From Mobula hypostoma (Eukaryota), in contig NC_086097.1 in the NCBI RefSeq assembly GCF_963921235.1, forward strand, positions 2,170,001 through 2,234,000: a stretch of DNA of 64,000 nt, written 5' to 3'. The position numbers were made by a program, and so were the translations under genes. Below the pieces are notes generated by a model. It worked only from the letters and a program-made list of their open reading frames with translations. It ran no database searches and was not told the DNA's origin. Positions 62,350-64,000 of this stretch are shown one piece after another (positions within the stretch are counted from its first letter, which is position 1; every line of letters begins with the position of its first letter).

Positions 62350-63094
62350 AGTCACAGGAGGCAGAGGAACGGTTACAGGATCGCCTCGAGTCAGTGGGTT
62401 GGGGCATGTTCAAGAACTCCTCTGAGGATCTGATTGACTACACCAGCATCATAATGGACTTCATTAAAAAAGCAGTGGACGAGTGTGTCTCCACGAAATC
62501 GTTCAGGGTTTACCTCAGTCAGAAGCCCTGGATAAACAATGAAATCCAGAATTTGCTGAGATCCTATCAGAGGCATTTGAGTCCCGAGATCAAGAATGCT
62601 ACAAGAGGTTCAGGTATGATCTCCAGAAAGCCATCTCTCCAGTGAAGTGGATATTCCAGACTAGACTGGAATCAATGAGGGATGCTATAACCTCCTACAA
62701 AGTTAAATCTTGCAACATAGAGCAGTGCAGAGCTTTGCTTCCACATGAGCTCAATGCCTTCTTTGCTCGCTTTGACAACGAGAATAGGGAAAAACCATCG
62801 CACACCCCAATGATCCTTTGGTCTTAATATATTGAAGTTGACGTTTGTACTGCCTTCCAGAGAGTGAATCCAAGGACAGCATCCGATCGGAACGGAGTAC
62901 TGGACGAGTAAAGACCTGTGCTGACCAACTGGCTGGTGTGTTCACTGATATCTTCAACCTCTCGTTCCAGCAGTCAGTGGTACCCACCTGCTTCAATCAC
63001 TCTGGTGCCCAAGAAGGGCGAGGAAACCTGCCTCAATGACTGTTGCCCATTGGCACTTACATCCACCGTGATGCAGTGTTCTGAGAGGCTGGTA
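62350..63094 (+). mobile_element. Degenerate Rex1/Babar-like RT fragment running into a minisatellite
   Basis: [25 protein letters not shown] and [22 protein letters not shown] (family consensus recalled as CLNDYRPVALTSxVMKCFERLV). Confidence 0.85.
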
Positions 63095-64000
63095 GTGATG
63101 GAGTGTTCTGAGAGGCTGGTAGTGACGCGGCGTTCTGAGAGGCTGGTAGTGATGGAAGTGACGCGGCATTCTGAGAGGCTGGTAGTGACGCGGCGTTCTG
63201 AGAGGCTGGTAGTGATGCAGTGTTCTGAGAGGCTGGTAGTGATGCGGCGTTCTGAGAGGCTGGTAGTGATGCAGTGTTCTGAGAGGCTGGTAGTGACGCG
63301 GCGTTCTGAGAGGCTGGTAGTGATGGAAGTGACGCGGCGTTCTGAGAGGCTGGTAGTGACGCGGCGTTCTGAGAGGCTGGTAGTGATGCAGTGTTCTGAG
63401 AGGCTGGTAGTGATGCGGCGTTCTGAGAGGCTGGTAGTGATGCAGTGTTCTGAGAGGCTGGTAGTGACGCGGCGTTCTGAGAGGCTGGTAGTGATGGAAG
63501 TGACGTGGCGTTCTGAGAGGCTGGTAGTGACGCGGCGTTCTGAGAGGCTGGTAGTGATGCAGTGTTCTGAGAGGCTGGTAGTGACGTGGCGTTCTGAGAG
63601 GCTGGTAGTGACGCGGCGTTCTGAGAGGCTGGTAGTGACGCGGTGTTCTGAGAGGCTGGTAGTGATGCGGTGTTCTGAGAGGCTGGTGGCGACGCGGCGT
63701 TCTGAGAGGCTGGTAGTGATGCAGTGTTCTGAGAGGCTGGTAGTGACGCGGCGTTCTGAGAGGCTGGTAGTGATGCAGTGTTCTGAGAGGCTGGTAGTGA
63801 CGCGGTGTTCTGAGAGGCTGGTAGTGATGCGGTGTTCTGAGAGGCTGGTGGCGACGCGGCGTTCTGAGAGGCTGGTAGTGACGCGGCGTTCTGAGAGGCT
63901 GGTAGTGATGCAGTGTTCTGAGAGGCTGGTAGTGACGCGGCGTTCTGAGAGGCTGGTAGTGATGGAAGTGACGCGGCGTTCTGAGAGGCTGGTAGTGACG
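63068..64000 (+). repeat. 27-bp minisatellite running off the window end
   Basis: Unit GTGAYGCRGYGTTCTGAGAGGCTGGTA, over 30 copies, with 9-bp GTGATGGAA inserts at 63149, 63320, 63491 and 63959. Confidence 0.98.

Noticed and set aside
63068..64000. Long stop-free frame as a repeat-protein gene; Chi-like GCTGGTGG in two units
   Set aside because: The frame is inherited from a broken LINE, lies antisense to ITPK1, and has no exon evidence. The Chi-like octamer is a one-base variant of the unit, with no support for function.
54527..64000. Next upstream ITPK1 exon (EYIDAHPETIVLDPLPAIRTLLDRSKSYELI...)
   Set aside because: Searched by eye on the minus strand and not found; probably beyond 64000, though a miss is possible.

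Overview
Repeat-rich vertebrate genomic DNA. The repeat content (CR1/HER1-like LINEs, HE1/V-SINE-like SINEs, Rex1/Babar, Penelope-like elements) suggests a cartilaginous fish, probably a ray or shark; this is inference. Two host genes face each other, as in mammals. The last coding exon of chromogranin A (CHGA) is on the + strand at 1887-1970. The last six coding exons of inositol-tetrakisphosphate 1-kinase (ITPK1) are on the - strand, 54526 down to 19311; all have GT/AG boundaries and join in one reading frame. The rest is mostly transposon debris: CR1, Rex1/Babar, RTE, Penelope-like (GIY-YIG) elements, a Gypsy-type solo LTR, hAT and Tc1 remnants, MITEs, tRNA-derived SINEs and tandem repeats. 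The most notable non-gene signal is a set of short head-to-head palindromic insertions derived from the Penelope 3' repeat. They carry minimal hammerhead-ribozyme motifs and 11-16 bp target-site duplications (TSDs), and in two copies the inversion breakpoint falls at the predicted ribozyme cleavage site. Also notable are a 27-bp minisatellite with 171-bp higher-order structure that arose from a LINE reverse-transcriptase motif, and a young CpG-rich SINE unlike the other SINEs here. Family names and orthologies come from recalled sequence motifs, not database searches, and repeat boundaries without TSDs are approximate.
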